The notes beneath the pieces were generated by a model, which had not been told where the DNA came from, ran no database searches, and saw only the letters and a list, made by a program, of their open reading frames with translations. Position numbers and translations under genes: made by a program. DNA of 64,000 bases. It comes from Felis catus. Taxonomy: Eukaryota. This document shows positions 25,177-38,900 of the stretch, piece after piece; within the stretch, counting starts at the first letter, position 1, and each line of letters opens with the position of its first letter. The stretch covers positions 109,990,001-110,054,000 of the forward strand of contig NC_058368.1 of the NCBI RefSeq assembly GCF_018350175.1, read 5' to 3'.

Positions 25177-26839
25177 CGTCTTTGCTGCTCTGGTTCTAAC
25201 CTTTCCTTCCAGCATCATCTTCTGCTTCTCTCTTGCTCCTCTGTGATACAAGGGAGAAACTGGCCATGCTAGGTGGCCCGGGGCCTTCCCATGTCTGGCT
25301 GGGATGTCTTTCCCTACTCCCATATCTGCCTATGACAGCCCAGCCAGCCTTCTCGGAAGACTTGTGGCATTTTTGTGATTACAGGTGTTAACACCCTTCT
25401 CACTTTCTAAGATAGCTTTTCGGCCTGTCTTTGCACATGTATTCATTTCCCGTAGGAGAGTGAACCCCCTGGGGCACAGGCCACACCTCACTCATATCCA
25501 ACCTGCTGACATTGGAGGGTCTGCCATGCGGTGGCCAGGGTGCCAACTCTGGAGGCCCATCCCCTGATTTGAGTTTCAGCTCTACCTCCCTTACCGACTC
25601 TTTGGTACCTCAGTTCCTCGTCCATAAAACAAGGATAAAGACAGGACAGCACCTCAAAGAACCTGCTCCCAGAGAGAGGCGGAAACACCCTTGCATGCTC
25701 CATGGACCACCCACCATCCCTCTTTGCTGCAGTCGACTGGCCATTTCAGAGGGCTGTGGCCCCCGGCTGACAATAGCCTATCCGATGCTCCTGTTGTGTT
25801 AACACCAGGGGTTGTAAACATCCGAGTTGATTACACCACCAACTCTCCACCTCATCTGCCCTCACTCCCATGACTGTCCTGGAATCTAGACATTGTCCTT
25901 ACAATAACAGCAGCCTGAAACATCTTATCTTCAGGCACCCTGCTCTCTGATCACTTCCCGCCTCTTCTAGTTTATTCCTTTGGTGTCCAGACTCCAAAAA
26001 TTTCTCAATTCCACTGGGACCCACAATCTACTGACCAACTGAACTGTCCATCACCCCCTTCCTGATGTCACTTCCTTCTCGCCAGCTTTAATTCCATGGA
26101 ATTTAAACCACTGGAACCATACATTGCCCACACCCTCAGTTCCCTGCCTGCCCTTGGCACTACCCCGGCCCTGGATAAACCTATCTGCCTACTTTGTGCT
26201 TTGTGCATCCGTGTGGGCAAGCATGGCTGGGGAAAGCACATGTCCTGCTCACTGGTTTCCCTTTAATTCATGACTATGAGCCACAAAGGGGCCTTTCACG
26301 TTGCCAGGGGCCATACAACCTTCTCTCCATCTGTTCAGCCTCCCACTGTCCTTGACAATTGTTCCACGCTTTCCTTCTCCTCAAACCGCTTCCCAATGCA
26401 CTGAGAAAACAGACATCTACACACATTCCCATCACATCCACCTACCTGTACCTGTGCTCACATGCCCAGGCTTTTCTCCTATTAATATGGACCTACTAGC
26501 CACTCTCTGAGGCTCCCCTCCACCTGGGCACTAGATTGCACCTGCCCTGCTCACTCAAGAAACCCGATCCAGGCATATCACCTCTTCCTTCCACAGCATC
26601 AATATTCCCCTTTCTACTTGATTATTTCCAGCAACATACAAATATGCTGTCACCACCCCTACCTTACTGTTCCTCCAGCTACCACCCTATTCCTCTGTTC
26701 TTTGCCACAGCAAAACTCCTCAGAAGAGTGCTCTGTACCTTGTTTCTCCAGTTTCTCTCTTCCCACGTGCTCTTGCAACCTTCCCCCACCACTCCATGGA
26801 GACTGCTCTGCACCATTCCCACAGATCTCCAAACTAACG

Positions 26840-27313
26840 CAGGTACGCCTCATTTTCTTGTGTTTTGCTTTATTATTTTGTAGATGCTGTATTTTTTTTT
26901 GGTACAAACTGAAGATTTGTGGCAACCTGTGCCAAGCAAGCCTACTGGCACCATTTTTCCAACTGCATTTGCTCACTTTGTGTCTCTGGGTTACATATTG
27001 GTAATTCTTGCAATGTTTCAAGCTTTTTCATTATTGTATTTGCTCTGGTGATCTCTGAGCAGTGATTATGTCTTGCTGAAAACTCAGATGACGGTTGGCA
27101 TTTTTTTTTTAGCAATAAAGTATTTTTTAATTAAGGTATGTATCTTTTTTGGACATAATGCTATATAGCACATTTAATAGACTACAGTATAGTGTGAACA
27201 TAACTTTTATATATACTGGGAAACCAAAAAATTGCTTTGATTCACTTTGGTTGTGATAATCTCCTTCCTGTGGTAATCTGGAACCAATCCCCAGTGTCTC
27301 CAAGGTATACCTG
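26840..27313. mobile_element. Internally deleted Tigger1 (TcMar-Tigger) element with both ends
   Basis: TIRs CAGGTACGCCT... and ...AGGTATACCTG. The Tigger1 5' part (GAAGATTTGTGGCAACC, CCATTTTTCCAAC) is joined near 27070 to the 3' part (AGCAATAAAGTATTTT, TAGACTACAGTATAGTG, CTGGGAAACCAAAAAATT). Confidence 0.88.
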
Positions 27314-27328
27314 TTGTCCAGCAAGCTC

Positions 27329-27555
27329 TTTTTTTTTTTTTTTTAAGTTTGTTTACTTATTTTGAGAGAGACAGAGACAGCAAAAGCCAGGGAGGGGCAA
27401 ACAGAGAAGGAGAGAAAGAGAATCCCAAGCAGGCTCTGCACTGTGAGCACATAGCCCGATACAGGGCTCAAACCCATGAAGCCATGAAATCATGACCTGA
27501 ACCGAAACCAAGAGTTGGACGGACGCTTCATCAACTGAGCCATCCTGGTGCCCCC
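27329..27555 (-). mobile_element. Older CAN-SINE
   Basis: T-tail, GAGAGAGACAGAGA, GAATCCCAAGCAGGCTCTGCACTG, CATGACCTGA; head ...GGTGCCCC. Confidence 0.9.
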
Positions 27556-29729
27556 AGGGATGCATTTGGCACAACCCACCACTTCCTGACTTATTCTTCT
27601 CTTGGCTTCTAGGACATCACCTTGCCTGTTTTCCCTCCTCCCTCTCTAGCATCTTCTTACTCTCTTTGGCTAGCTTCCCTGGTCTACTGACCTCTTCACA
27701 CTGGAGACTCTTTGGGCTTAGTCTTGGATATCCTTCTCCACCTCCCCTTACCCACTCAGTGACCTCATCCGACCTCATGGCTGCCAACACTGTCAACATG
27801 CCGAGGACTTTTACGTTTTCATCTCTAGCCTGAACCTCTCCCCTGAACTCAGTCTTGTATGTCTAACTGCCTAGTCAACATCGCCACTTGGATGTCTGAC
27901 AGGCACCCCAAACTTGGTATGCTCCCATGTGAACTGCTGCTCTTCCCTGCCTAATCCTACATCACCCACAGTTAGTGGCAACCCTAGTCTTCCAGTTCCC
28001 ATACCAATCCCGCCCCCACCCTTTTTCTCATTAACACTTCCAGCCTCTCAGCAAATATCTTTGGTACTGCCCTTCAAAATATCCCTATAATCCGACCATT
28101 CTCACCACTGTCCTGCCCATCACCTCCACCCTAGCCACCGTATCTCCCTCCTGGATTGTTGCAACAGCCTCACTAACCTGTCTGCTTGCTTCTACCCTTG
28201 CCCTGCCAGTCTTTTCAAAGAACAGCAGCCAGAGTGATTCTTTTCAAATATAAAGTCACTCTTCAACTTCAACACCCCCCCCCCCCACCAAAGGCTTTCC
28301 ATTTCACCCAGGTAAAAACAGATCCTTATGCTAGCTTCTGGGGTCCCCCAGGATCTCTGACCTCACTTCCTCCTTCCCATGCCACCCCAGTCTCCAGACC
28401 TGTTCTTACCTGGGAGGGGCTAGGATGTGTCTTCTGCAGGTGACCTCATGCCTAGTATCCTCCCCACCCCCTCACCGCCCCCCCAACCCCCGAGTGAGGA
28501 TTTTTGTGTCTTTTGAAACCTGCAGAATCTGAATGGCCTAGAACAGTGTCTGCTGGGAAGTAGCTATTGTGTGAATGCGCTCTGCCTCTAGGGCTGAGCA
28601 TTTTTCACCTGCAGGCCAACCTTGGGGGCTAGGGGTGGTGGCGGTGTCATGCCAGCTCAGCTGTAGATTCTTCAGGGGCACCTCTGAGGCCACACGGGTG
28701 GGATGAGCCTGCCTGTCTCCACCATGGCAGGCTGCCCTCCTGAATCAGTAATTGCACCCTTTGATGGAAAACATTGTGGAAAAAAAAGGCTCTATACAAG
28801 AGACAAGAGTACAAGTTTTCATGCCAAACAGCATCACCAAAAACTGTTTTGCACTAATGTGTCCTATTCCACATGCCAGATCTCAAAAGCATTGTGCAAA
28901 ATGTCTTAATTGATTTTTATAACATCTCTGCCAGACAGAAGAGAAATCAGTCCCCTGATGAAAGAAAGAAAACTGAGTTTTTGTGGTTAAATTGGGCACA
29001 AAGACAGAGCGGGGGAGCCTCAGGTTGCCAGGAGTGGAGTTGGGGCCTCAAATCTGTCCTCAAGCCAAAGCGTCAACTCAGGTGCACGTGACTTTTTCAG
29101 AGATGTGCTGGTGGGGGGGGGGGGGGGGGCTAGAGCCAGAGTGCCTGGTTTTCAATTCCTGACCTACTGACTCCCAGGTGGGCGACTTGAGCTTTCTATG
29201 TCTCAGTTTCCTCAGCTCTAAAATGGGGATGAATAGTATTCTTTTCATTAGGACCATTGTCACTAGATACTGATGAACTGATTAACAAGAAATGTTATTA
29301 GTAATAACAAATGTCATAGCAGAGCCACTGGTCACAGTTTCTGACCGCCTGCCTCCTACATGTGACTACTGTGTGCCCCAATGGCCCCAGCTCCTTGTCC
29401 ACTCAGACCCACACAAGCCTGGGACTGGACACATGGAGCCTCAGAAAGTGCTTTCCAAATCAGTCCTGGCCCCACTGAGGTTTGGGCCCCTAAAGCCCCA
29501 CTGCAGGCCTGTGCAGACTCTGCTGGGTAGGGCAGACTCTATAAATAAGGATGCTTCTCATGGGCTGGCCTTTGTGGGCCGACAGTGTCCCCTTCTCTGG
29601 ATACACTCCCCCTCTCTAACCACCTGTACATGCAGGGCCAACACTGGCCCAATTTGAGATGCCACAGGGAGCCTGCTGAAGCATATGCTGGGGACCACAA
29701 ATGTCCCCACAAATGAGTGCCAGGATAGC

Positions 29730-29950
29730 TTAGTTTGGTTCCTAAAGCCAGACTCCCAGGTTCATATCCTGGACTGCAACTCTCAAGCTCTGACATGCAG
29801 GCAAATTACTCCAGCACTTGGTGCCTTTGGGTTTTTTCTGCGAAGAGGGGCTAATGACAGTTCCTCCTCCTAGACTGCTATAAGGATTAATGACTTCGCT
29901 TAGACGGCACCATGGCACATAGTAAGCACTCAGTACGTGTCAGCTATTAA
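29730..29950 (+). mobile_element. MIR SINE
   Basis: AGCCAGACTCCCAGGTTCATATCCTGG...TAAGGATTAA...TGGCACATAGTAAGCACTCAGTACGTGTCAGCTATTA. Confidence 0.65.
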
Positions 29951-32900
29951 TGCTCTTATAAGGCAAGATGAATCATGGCTTTAGAAGCAAGCTCTGCCCC
30001 ACATCGTGGGCCCTGTAATGCTCTGCTTTGAAGCCCCGTGCCTCTGCACCACATGCTGGCTGCCATAGCCTGCCCACACATCATGGGACGGCTTCCCTGT
30101 CACGAGGCCTCAGCTATTTCCTGAGTAAGCAACTTACAGACAAAGTAAGAGGGCCAGGCCTGTCAGGGTCACCACTGTGTTCCCAGAGTCCATCCCAGAA
30201 CTCACCTGGAGCAGGCACTAGGCATGAACGAAGACCTGAGAGCAAGCATTCGCCTGTTGCTTCAACGTGGGGCATTTCCTTAAACTCACGTTTCCTAAGA
30301 GTTTCCCAACCTGTTGGTTTTGTGACTTCCAATGCCAGGGCTGTTACATCTGAAAGCTTCCTCCAGTAACCGAAGCCACGGTACTGATGCATATGACACT
30401 TGCTGGGGTGGTGCGGTCCACTCTGGAAGGTTATTGTCCTCTGCAGGGATGGCAGGGGCAGCTGGTTGCCAGGCCACCCACCCTGCAAATGCCCGGGCAT
30501 TGGAGCTTCTCTGACCGAGCATCAGGAACATGCCTGCTAGGCCATCCCTGTACAGTGGCGAGACTGAGGCCTTGGCCAAGGCCCTCGTGGCTATGCTGTT
30601 GTAAGGACCATGCTGCTCTCCTGTGATAAAGGTCACCTCCCACACCCCAGGCACGCTGGCACACATTCTGTTTGCAGACATCACAGGGCCTCTGCTCTTC
30701 AAAGGGCCAGGCTTGGTGCAGCCAGTCTAGTCCAACACAAGCCTTTGAAAGTCAAATCACCTAGGCTCTGGGCTTGTGAATATTTCATCTACCCAACTGC
30801 CCAGCCAGGGCTGCCCACAGAGGGGCTGGGGCTGCCTTCTGGAGGCCAGGGATCATGGGCTGGGTCTGGGTCTGTGCCCTTCACCCCAAGCAAGATCCAA
30901 ACCCTCTCCTGACTTCAAAGGAAAACAGGCACACCAGTGCACAGGGATGGGTGGGTCCACATGGTTGGATAAGCCCGGCCCTCCTCCTATGTCCGTTTAA
31001 CCCTGGGTTCCTCCTCTTCTCTAAAACCACCACTGCCCAGAGCCATTAATCCTCAGCACGTCCAGCTGCTGTGACTGTTCCTTCCTCCTGTCTCTGCTTC
31101 CCCTTCTCAAGGGCTGCTTTTGAAATCTAACCAGGAGGTGGCTGGCAGGGGGTAGGCAGGGAGGCTGGGAGGCTGCTGGGAGTCTGGGCATGAATAATCC
31201 AAAGTGGACAATCAGCCTCTGAATGATGGAGAGCTGACTCCAGGGGTTTAGGAGCTCTGCTCAGCTCATACCTTCCTTGTTAACTTAAAGTATGCAAGAA
31301 ACACATCCAAAGTGGATGCACACTGACATGCCCCTCCAATTAGGTGCAGGTGACAACCACTTCTCTGTCCAGCAGAAACTGCCGCTGCCTTGAAGACTAT
31401 GCCACCAGCACCTGGACGGTCTCCCTGGCCCCCGCCCTGCCTCTCCTGGTGGGGAAGGTGTGTGCACATCCTTGACTGGCAGCCAGGGGAGGGAGGTGCT
31501 CGGTGACGGTGGGGCTGGGAAGTTGAGGTCCCAGGAAACGTGAACGGAACTCTGAGCCATGTAGGGCGCAGTCAGAACATCTACAGGGCAGATCTTTGCA
31601 TAGGTTAGGGCATACTGGTTGCCTCCAAGGTTCCTTTTAGGTGTTTCTGCTGCTGCTCTCTTTCCAAACCCCCATCTTCCTTGCAACCACCACCCCCCAC
31701 CCCGATGCTGGGGAACATTCCCATTTTCTGCCTCCTTCAGCTGAGCTCCATCAGGAAGTGCTAGCCATCAACTGTGCACTATTCTGCAGGATGAGGATTC
31801 TGTATATGCCCCATGCCCTCCATCATCCAGGGCCCCTGGGAGGACAGCTTCAGACATGGTCACAACACGGCAGGATGCCCGATTCAGCCCACATGTCACA
31901 TGCACCCCATTCTCTCCAGGTGGGGACATGGCGCAGGAGACAAGACAACCACCATCTCCATGGAGACTCTGGAGTGTCACTGGGTCTACTTGTCCACTCA
32001 GCATCTCCAGGTGTCAGGGGTTAGCTTGGGAACTTTCCTGATGCCCTTGTTTGATCTCTGGTTCCTCTGGGTCCAGCTCTCGACCCACTCTCATTTGTCA
32101 CATCTGAGCTAGCCATGGGTGGCCTCCATGGACCCGTTCAGTTCCCCCCATGCCCCGTGTGCTGAGTGATGGCATCCCCTCCAGGTGGACCGATGTGCCA
32201 CTGGCCGGAGAGTACTCAGCCTGGAGCTTCCTGCCAGCGGCTCCTTGGCTGTCAGCCTTCCGTGGCCTGTCAGTCGGTTTCCCTGAGCGAGGGGCGGTCT
32301 GAACACACACAAAAGGCACCGTGTGACTCCTGTTTCCAAGCCGTCCTCTCCCTGACTTTGAACCTGCTGTCAAGTGTCAGCGCATTTCTAAGCACTGTTG
32401 CACAGAGGCGGACTTTTGAAGTTGGGACCAACGCTAGGGCTGGATGGGGCTAAAAAGAGGAGTCTCTGGGAGTGCATTTATCTGTGAGAGCTGAGAAGGG
32501 ATGGGTGTTTGGTGGGCTTTGTGTTTAAGAGGAAAACATCCCTCCATGGGGGACCTGATCACTCAGGGAGCATGGGGATGCCTGTTCTGTGTGACAGGGA
32601 GGCTCCTGGGGGTCCTGTTTCCCTGCAGAGCTAAAGCTCACTGGTCCTAAGGGATCTGGGTCAATGTGTCTGAAACACCTGCGGCACACAGGCTTGGATG
32701 TGGGGACCCACACTGGGCATGCAGGTGCAGAGACCTTGGCCTCTGTAACAGCACAAGGTGAAGGCTTTCAGAGAGGGTTTTGCCTCAGTGATCCCGCACT
32801 CTGCCCTCCCCCTCAGTCACAGATGACTGTGGTCTCTCCGGAACTGGGGCTCTAGGGGAAGAAATGGAGACTCCAAAGGGTCCCGGTTACAGCAGGGTGT

Positions 32901-35900
32901 GTAGCCAGCACCCTGGAATTGGCAGGCCTCAGTCTCCCTCGGCCTCAGTTTCCTTACCTTTAGGACTCAGGGGATGAGGAGGGAGACCTGCCAGGTGCCT
33001 GGTGCAATGTCTGGCATGTGGCCAGCACTCAGCTCAGGAATGGCCCTGTCTGGAGGGCTTGAGAGCTTTTGGGAAGACAAGAGAACCCAGAGTAGCTACT
33101 CAGAGGAGCCACCTGCCAGCCCGCACTACCCCTCCTGCTACCCATGGAGGGGGCAGAGTCCTTTGGGCCCCATTTCCGTCCCACCCGGATGCGATTTGCA
33201 ATCCCGACAAGTGTACAAACAGTTGTTGCGCCCGAAGCACCTGTCTGAAGACAAAACGCCCATGCCATCTGGAGAAGAATGGCTCTCCAAGGGCCCAGCT
33301 TGCGGGCTGCCTGGGGCAGCTCACACACCAGGCTCCTTCCCACCTTCCCTGGGCAGATCACAAGTGTGGAGCTGGACGAGGAAAGGGACAGTGCCAGATG
33401 GCTAGAATCCCGGCCAAAGCTGGACGTGGGAAACCGTGACCAAGTAGCCCCGTGTTTTAAAGGGTGACAGTAAGGCCTCTTTGTGTGGCAGCCACACGTG
33501 GGGGTGGTCCTAGCTCATCCCCCGCCTCAGCCCCACAGGCAACAGAAGCTTCGGGATTCACGGGAGAGTCCGCACAGATGAGAATGAAACTGATTTTCCT
33601 TCCCGTGCCCCTGCTGAGTCCAGCCCAAGTTTAACCAACTAGTTATGCATGTTTGCTCGTCCCAGTACCAACCTGGATCCCACCGGGCCAAGGACGGCAG
33701 CAGCCTTCCTAAGCAGAGGCCCAAGTCTGCAGCCCCCAGCACCCTACCAAACCCTGTGAGAGCCAGAACAGGAACTCGGGGCTCTGAGCAGATGGCTGTC
33801 AGCAGACTTGCCTTCTACCCGGAATCGGAACGTGTCCTCCTTCTTCAGTGGACAACACCTCCCCTGTTCCTGATTTACTGCAAAGAGCATTTAAATCCCA
33901 GTCCCCGCTTTGGTCCTGGGACCCCTTACAGTGTCTAGCCTGGGAGCCTCTGGGAGGCATTTGGTGAGGGTTTGTCAGATGCCAGAGTTATAAGGGGATC
34001 TGAGGGTGGCTTGGCACGGTCAGGGGGAAGGCTAGCTTTTGGGGAGAGACAAGTCCCATCAGGACAGCAGTGAGTGGAAGGGAGCACGAGTGGGGGCCTT
34101 CCAGCCTGAGGGAGGGGCTGCAGATCACACAGCATATCTCTTTTCTCTGCCAACCCACCACCACTGTGGAGTCATGGGCAGCTAACCAGGTGTGGGGGAT
34201 AGGATGGCCTCTACCACCTGTCTGGGAACTGCTACAACCACTCTGAACCTTTTCTCTTTATTACCAGTAAAACAAACAAACAAACAAATAAATCCATCAT
34301 GGTCTTTAATTCTTTCCGCGAATGTTTATCAAGCACCTACTATATACCAGGCTGAACATCCACCTTCTGGAAAGCTCCAGGCTCCTCTCTCTCTCTTGCT
34401 CCTGCCTTGTTCTCCAGCTGGAACAAAATGCCTCAGGCAACAACTTCACCTTCTCTCAGACGCAGCCCTTCCTCTCCTTCCCTCTCTTCTGCCTCCTGGG
34501 TTTGGGGCTGTCCTGACCCTCCTGCTGCGATCTTTGCTCGGGAGCTTTTGGTCTTTTGGTGTCTGCCCATATTTCAACCGTCTACCATCTTTCCTGCCCA
34601 GAGGGAGAACCTGGGAGGGGCTGGGCCCTGGGCCAGGACGAGGCGCGGTCAGCCTTTGGGGCTGGAGGGTTGATGAGTAACAGTCACCATAAGGTAGGGA
34701 CCAACAAGCCAGCGGGTGTTGCTGACGCAGAAGAGACCCAAGGTGGGTCACTGGCTGTGGTCTGAGGTCTCCAACTAGCCCCTCGGTTGCCACTTGAAGG
34801 CCTGCTTCTGGCAGTCAGCAGCAGCGTGGGCATCTCCTGCCCTTTTTTCCTCTCCCGGAAGAAGACACCTCTCTCTGTCTCTCCAGGTCCTGCCTGTCAC
34901 CAGGGCCTAACTCTCCAGCTACGTCCTGCCAGGAGCCACCCTGGTGCTGGGGCTTGTGAGTAATCCCATGCCCGAGTGTGGGCCACATGCTGTTGACGCA
35001 CTCAGTCACTATGCACGTGTGAGCAGAGCCCTCACGCGCCCCTCCACTCCCCAGCATGGCTCATGAGCTGGGCCTGCATAGTGGTGGTGATAAAGGGTTT
35101 TGAGGAGCATCATCACAGAGCCTGAAAACAGGCGGCTAGAGAGAAGGGAAGCCAGAGGCAGAGGCCAAGGGATTTGTGCTCCAAGTGTACAGCCTTGGGG
35201 AGAGCCCTTTTTTCAGAAATACACGGGGTGAGCCTTCTCCACACCTCAGAGCACTAAGGGTCCCTGAGTGTTAAGAGAGCTTACACCTGCCACCCGGACC
35301 ACCCCCACACTGAGACTCCAGCGCAGATGGCAGGCCCAGGAGGCAGCAGGCTGGGATGCACCCCTGCATTGGCCTCAGCTTGCTATCTGGGCCCTTGCCT
35401 GGAGCCTGGGAAGAGGCCTCGGCATCCAAGGAGCCCCTCTGAGATCCAGGCTCTGGGCGGCTCAGCCATTCACACACATCCCTAGGCTTCTCCACACTCC
35501 AGTGCCATGGAGCAAGCTTAGAAATCGGTAATGTGACCTTGAGTGCTTAATTGCATGTTGAAGTCCTTTGAAGTCCTCGCAAACGCTTTGTAGAAACAGT
35601 GACATTTATGAGGACGATAGGGTGCTATCCTGGTAAGAAGCTGACATTAAAATTGTTCTCATTTTATATCTTTGTAATGAAATTCTTTGTTTCCTCTGCA
35701 GCCATTTCTGAGTATTTACTAACATTCAGAGAACTCTCTGTACCATGCAAAATTTCAGGTTTCTCTGTAGTGCCTAATGTCAGGCTGGGCTGTGTGACAG
35801 GAGGCCAGAGCCTGATATGCAGACCTGCTGGGAATTGTTACTCTGGGGCATGAGGAACATGTATCCAGCCATCTTGCCCCTGCCTCTTCCTCCAAGAGGA

Positions 35901-38900
35901 GGGTTTTTTTTTTTTTAAAGCACCAAAGTATCATGTTTTAATGAGTTTTCTTTGCAATTTGTATATAATAGATTTTCAATAACAACCTGTAATTAGTTCA
36001 TTTTCTACTATTCAATTGCTCTGCACTGAGGCCATTGACAGCTTCCAGCTGAGATCTTTAAAAATGGAAAGTGCTTGAAGACTCAGCTCCAGACAATGCA
36101 GGAAACTGCAGGCCGACAATGCAACTGGTAGGAGCAAACCTGAGCAAGAGGCGTCTGGGTTCCAAACTCCCAAGAGGCAGAAATTGGCCAGCAAACAGCA
36201 GTTCTGATTCAGAGCCGACTCTTCCAGGGCATGATGAGGGCGAGATGGCCCCACCCCAGAGCCCTGGTAGATGTACGGGGGTCCCCATTCCACCAGCCCC
36301 GCTCCCCAGGGAGGAGGCGCTCACTGAGCATCGCCCCCAGCCCAGCAGCTGCTGATGGCTTTTTGGGCACAGCTGGGGCAGAGGGAGGGCTGCTCATGTG
36401 CCCCCTGAGCAGAGGCACCTGGGAGGACAGAGCTCAGGCACTGGGGCAGCTCCTTACACAGCAGCCCTGCTTGCTTTTCTGTCCTGATCATCATTAGTGG
36501 AAAGGCTCTAGTGGCCACAGGGGTTTTCCAGGGCTGAGTGCATGGCTCTAGCTGATACTCAGGACCCTCCCTGGGGACTTGCTGGGCCAGCACACCTGCA
36601 GGTGCCTCACAGGCCGGGCGCCGGCTCGAAAGGCTTGCACAGGTTCAGGCCAGGTGGCCTCTCTCCTGTCCCGGCTCCTGCTTTATTTGCCGTGTGCCAG
36701 CCTGCAAGCTCCCTGAGGGCAAGGCCTGCTCGCAGCTATGTCGCCTGCCAGAGAGCAGGCTCTGTGCATGTTTCCCGACCTGATGCTTTCTTCCTCCTTC
36801 CCCTTCTGGTCTCTGCTTCTGAACCTGTCCTCATGTGTGGTCTTCCTGCCCTGGCCTGGTGCCCCTGAAATGTTCCAGTCAGCTGGCCTGCTCCTTATAT
36901 GGACACTGCCCTCCAACTGTGCCTGAGCGGAGAGAGTAGGCCTGCACCCCCGGCTCAGGTGCTGTCCCTCCTTTCCTGGAGCCCGGCCCACACCAGCTTC
37001 AGGGCACACTTGCCCTGTCTTCCCACAGTGATCCAGTCATAGTATTGCTTCCTTTGATATTTCTGGCATTCACCTGAGTCAGGGAACTTGGGTGTCTGTG
37101 CTCAGAGGTTTTGCTCAAGAGGCCTGCCCTCCTATTCTGCCAGGGCCCAGCTTCGGGGAGGCGGGGTCTCGAGAGGCCAGGGTCTCCAGTTTTCAGGAGG
37201 GCATGCTGTGTGGGTGTCGCCTTTGGCATTGTGATGTGGCCTCAGGAGGGAGGGAGGTGGCCCCGGGGGCCCAGCCGGGGCTGAGCTGGCGGGTCCTTCA
37301 GGTTCCCAGGAGCTACACTCAGAGGAAGTACAACCCCATGTTGTATGCTGATGAATTAAGTCCCAAGGTACATGGATTCGCACAGAGACGAGAGCCACTC
37401 TCCTGGTGGGAATGGCAGGAGCCAGAGGGCCTGTGCCTGGTCCTCTCACAGCCAGGGTGTGAGGGGGGTGGGGGTGGGGGTGTGGGCTGCAGGCTCCTGC
37501 CATGGCAGCCCTGAGCGGGAGCCCTTATCTCCACACACAGTTGTCAGAGGTAGAGGTAATTAAGCAGCGGGCAGGTAGCCTAACAGCCTAACAGAACACT
37601 TATCCTGAGGAGGGCTGAATGGCCAATTAGTGGCCCCAGGAGCAGGATGGGAGCTTTATGGGACAAGCAGCTTTCGTCTTCATTAAGGAAGCATTAGGCT
37701 CATGTGGGCATCAGGGCTCACCTCCCACCCCGGTCACTCATGCAGGTGATCAGAGATGTCTGGGGCTGCTAGGGAAGCCACAGGGGTGCCCTTGCTGGCT
37801 GGGTCCAACCTGGCTGGTGCTTCCCCAGTGGAGGTCCTGGCTGTGGGGCTCCAACAAGGTGCTTCCTCTGCTCCCCTGGAGACGTGCAAAGACCCTCTGG
37901 GACCTTTAGTGACAGTTACATTGTGTTTGGACCTCTGGCAAGCAGAGAGGTCCGCTTCATCCCCTCACTAAACAAACATGGGCCAAGGGTTTCCTGGGTG
38001 CCAGACCCCATGATAGGCATGGGGAGCAAAACAGCCTCTGGCATCCTGGAGCCTATACACTAATTTGGGGCAGGATAATAATGACAACGGCACAGGGTGA
38101 CAGGGCTGGGAGCAGTGGGGGCTGCGGGGAAAACACGCAAAAATCTTCACGTCCGTCCCTGACCTACTTGGTTCATGATTACTCAGCACTTAGCATTTAC
38201 TAGTGCTGAGTACACGTCTGTGATGGTCATGAAGCCATTTTACAGACGAGCAACGTGAAGCTCAGGTTTAGTTCTGGTAAAGGTCATGTAGCTAGTAAGC
38301 AGCGGAAGGAGGATTTGAACCAGCTTTGACACTGAACCATCAGGTCACAGCCTCGTTACTGTGGAGAGGTGAACTCAGGGATGTGAGCACACACAGGAAG
38401 ATGTGTGGGGCTCTGTGGAAGGAAGAGAAACCGAGGAAGACTTCCTAGAGGAGGAGAGCAGTGAGCTGAGACGTGAAATTTAGGGAAACACGCTGTGGGG
38501 ACAGTGAGACTCTCGTTACTGGAGAATGCCGAAGAGTTGTAAAGTGTGTGGAAATGCGCGAGGAGTTTCTGGAACTAGACATTTGCGTTCAATCATGGTT
38601 CTGCTGTGTGACTATGGGTTAGCCACATAAGTTCGCTGAGTTTTTGTCTCTTCATCTGTAAAACTGGGTCATAATACACAGTGCTGACACATGATTAATG
38701 TGAGGTGTCATTTTATAGGACTCGATGTTAAGAATCCACTATTAACTCTAGTGTTGTTAACAAGCAAAATCATTCAGATGGCACACTGGCTTTGGCTTCA
38801 GGGGCACATAGCAAGCTCACATGGAGGCCGTCTCTCTATGCCTGAGGGGAGGAGAAAGCACCCTCACCTCTGTCCTTGGGAGGGACACCTCTCAGCCCCT

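Larger units (their letters stand above)
25770..28560 (+). mobile_element. Degenerate L2 LINE, interrupted by a Tigger1 derivative and a SINE
   Basis: C/T-rich L2 ORF2 relic. 27776-27830 translates HGCQHCQHAEDFYVFIS, a decayed HGFxYHLYADDxQIYIS RT motif, followed by CACTTGGATGTCT and GCAGCCAGAGTGAT. Boundaries approximate. Confidence 0.8.

Noticed and set aside
38180..38212. 11-bp hairpin TACTCAGCACT / AGTGCTGAGTA
   Set aside because: Too short for a pre-miRNA and within chance expectation for a 64-kb window.
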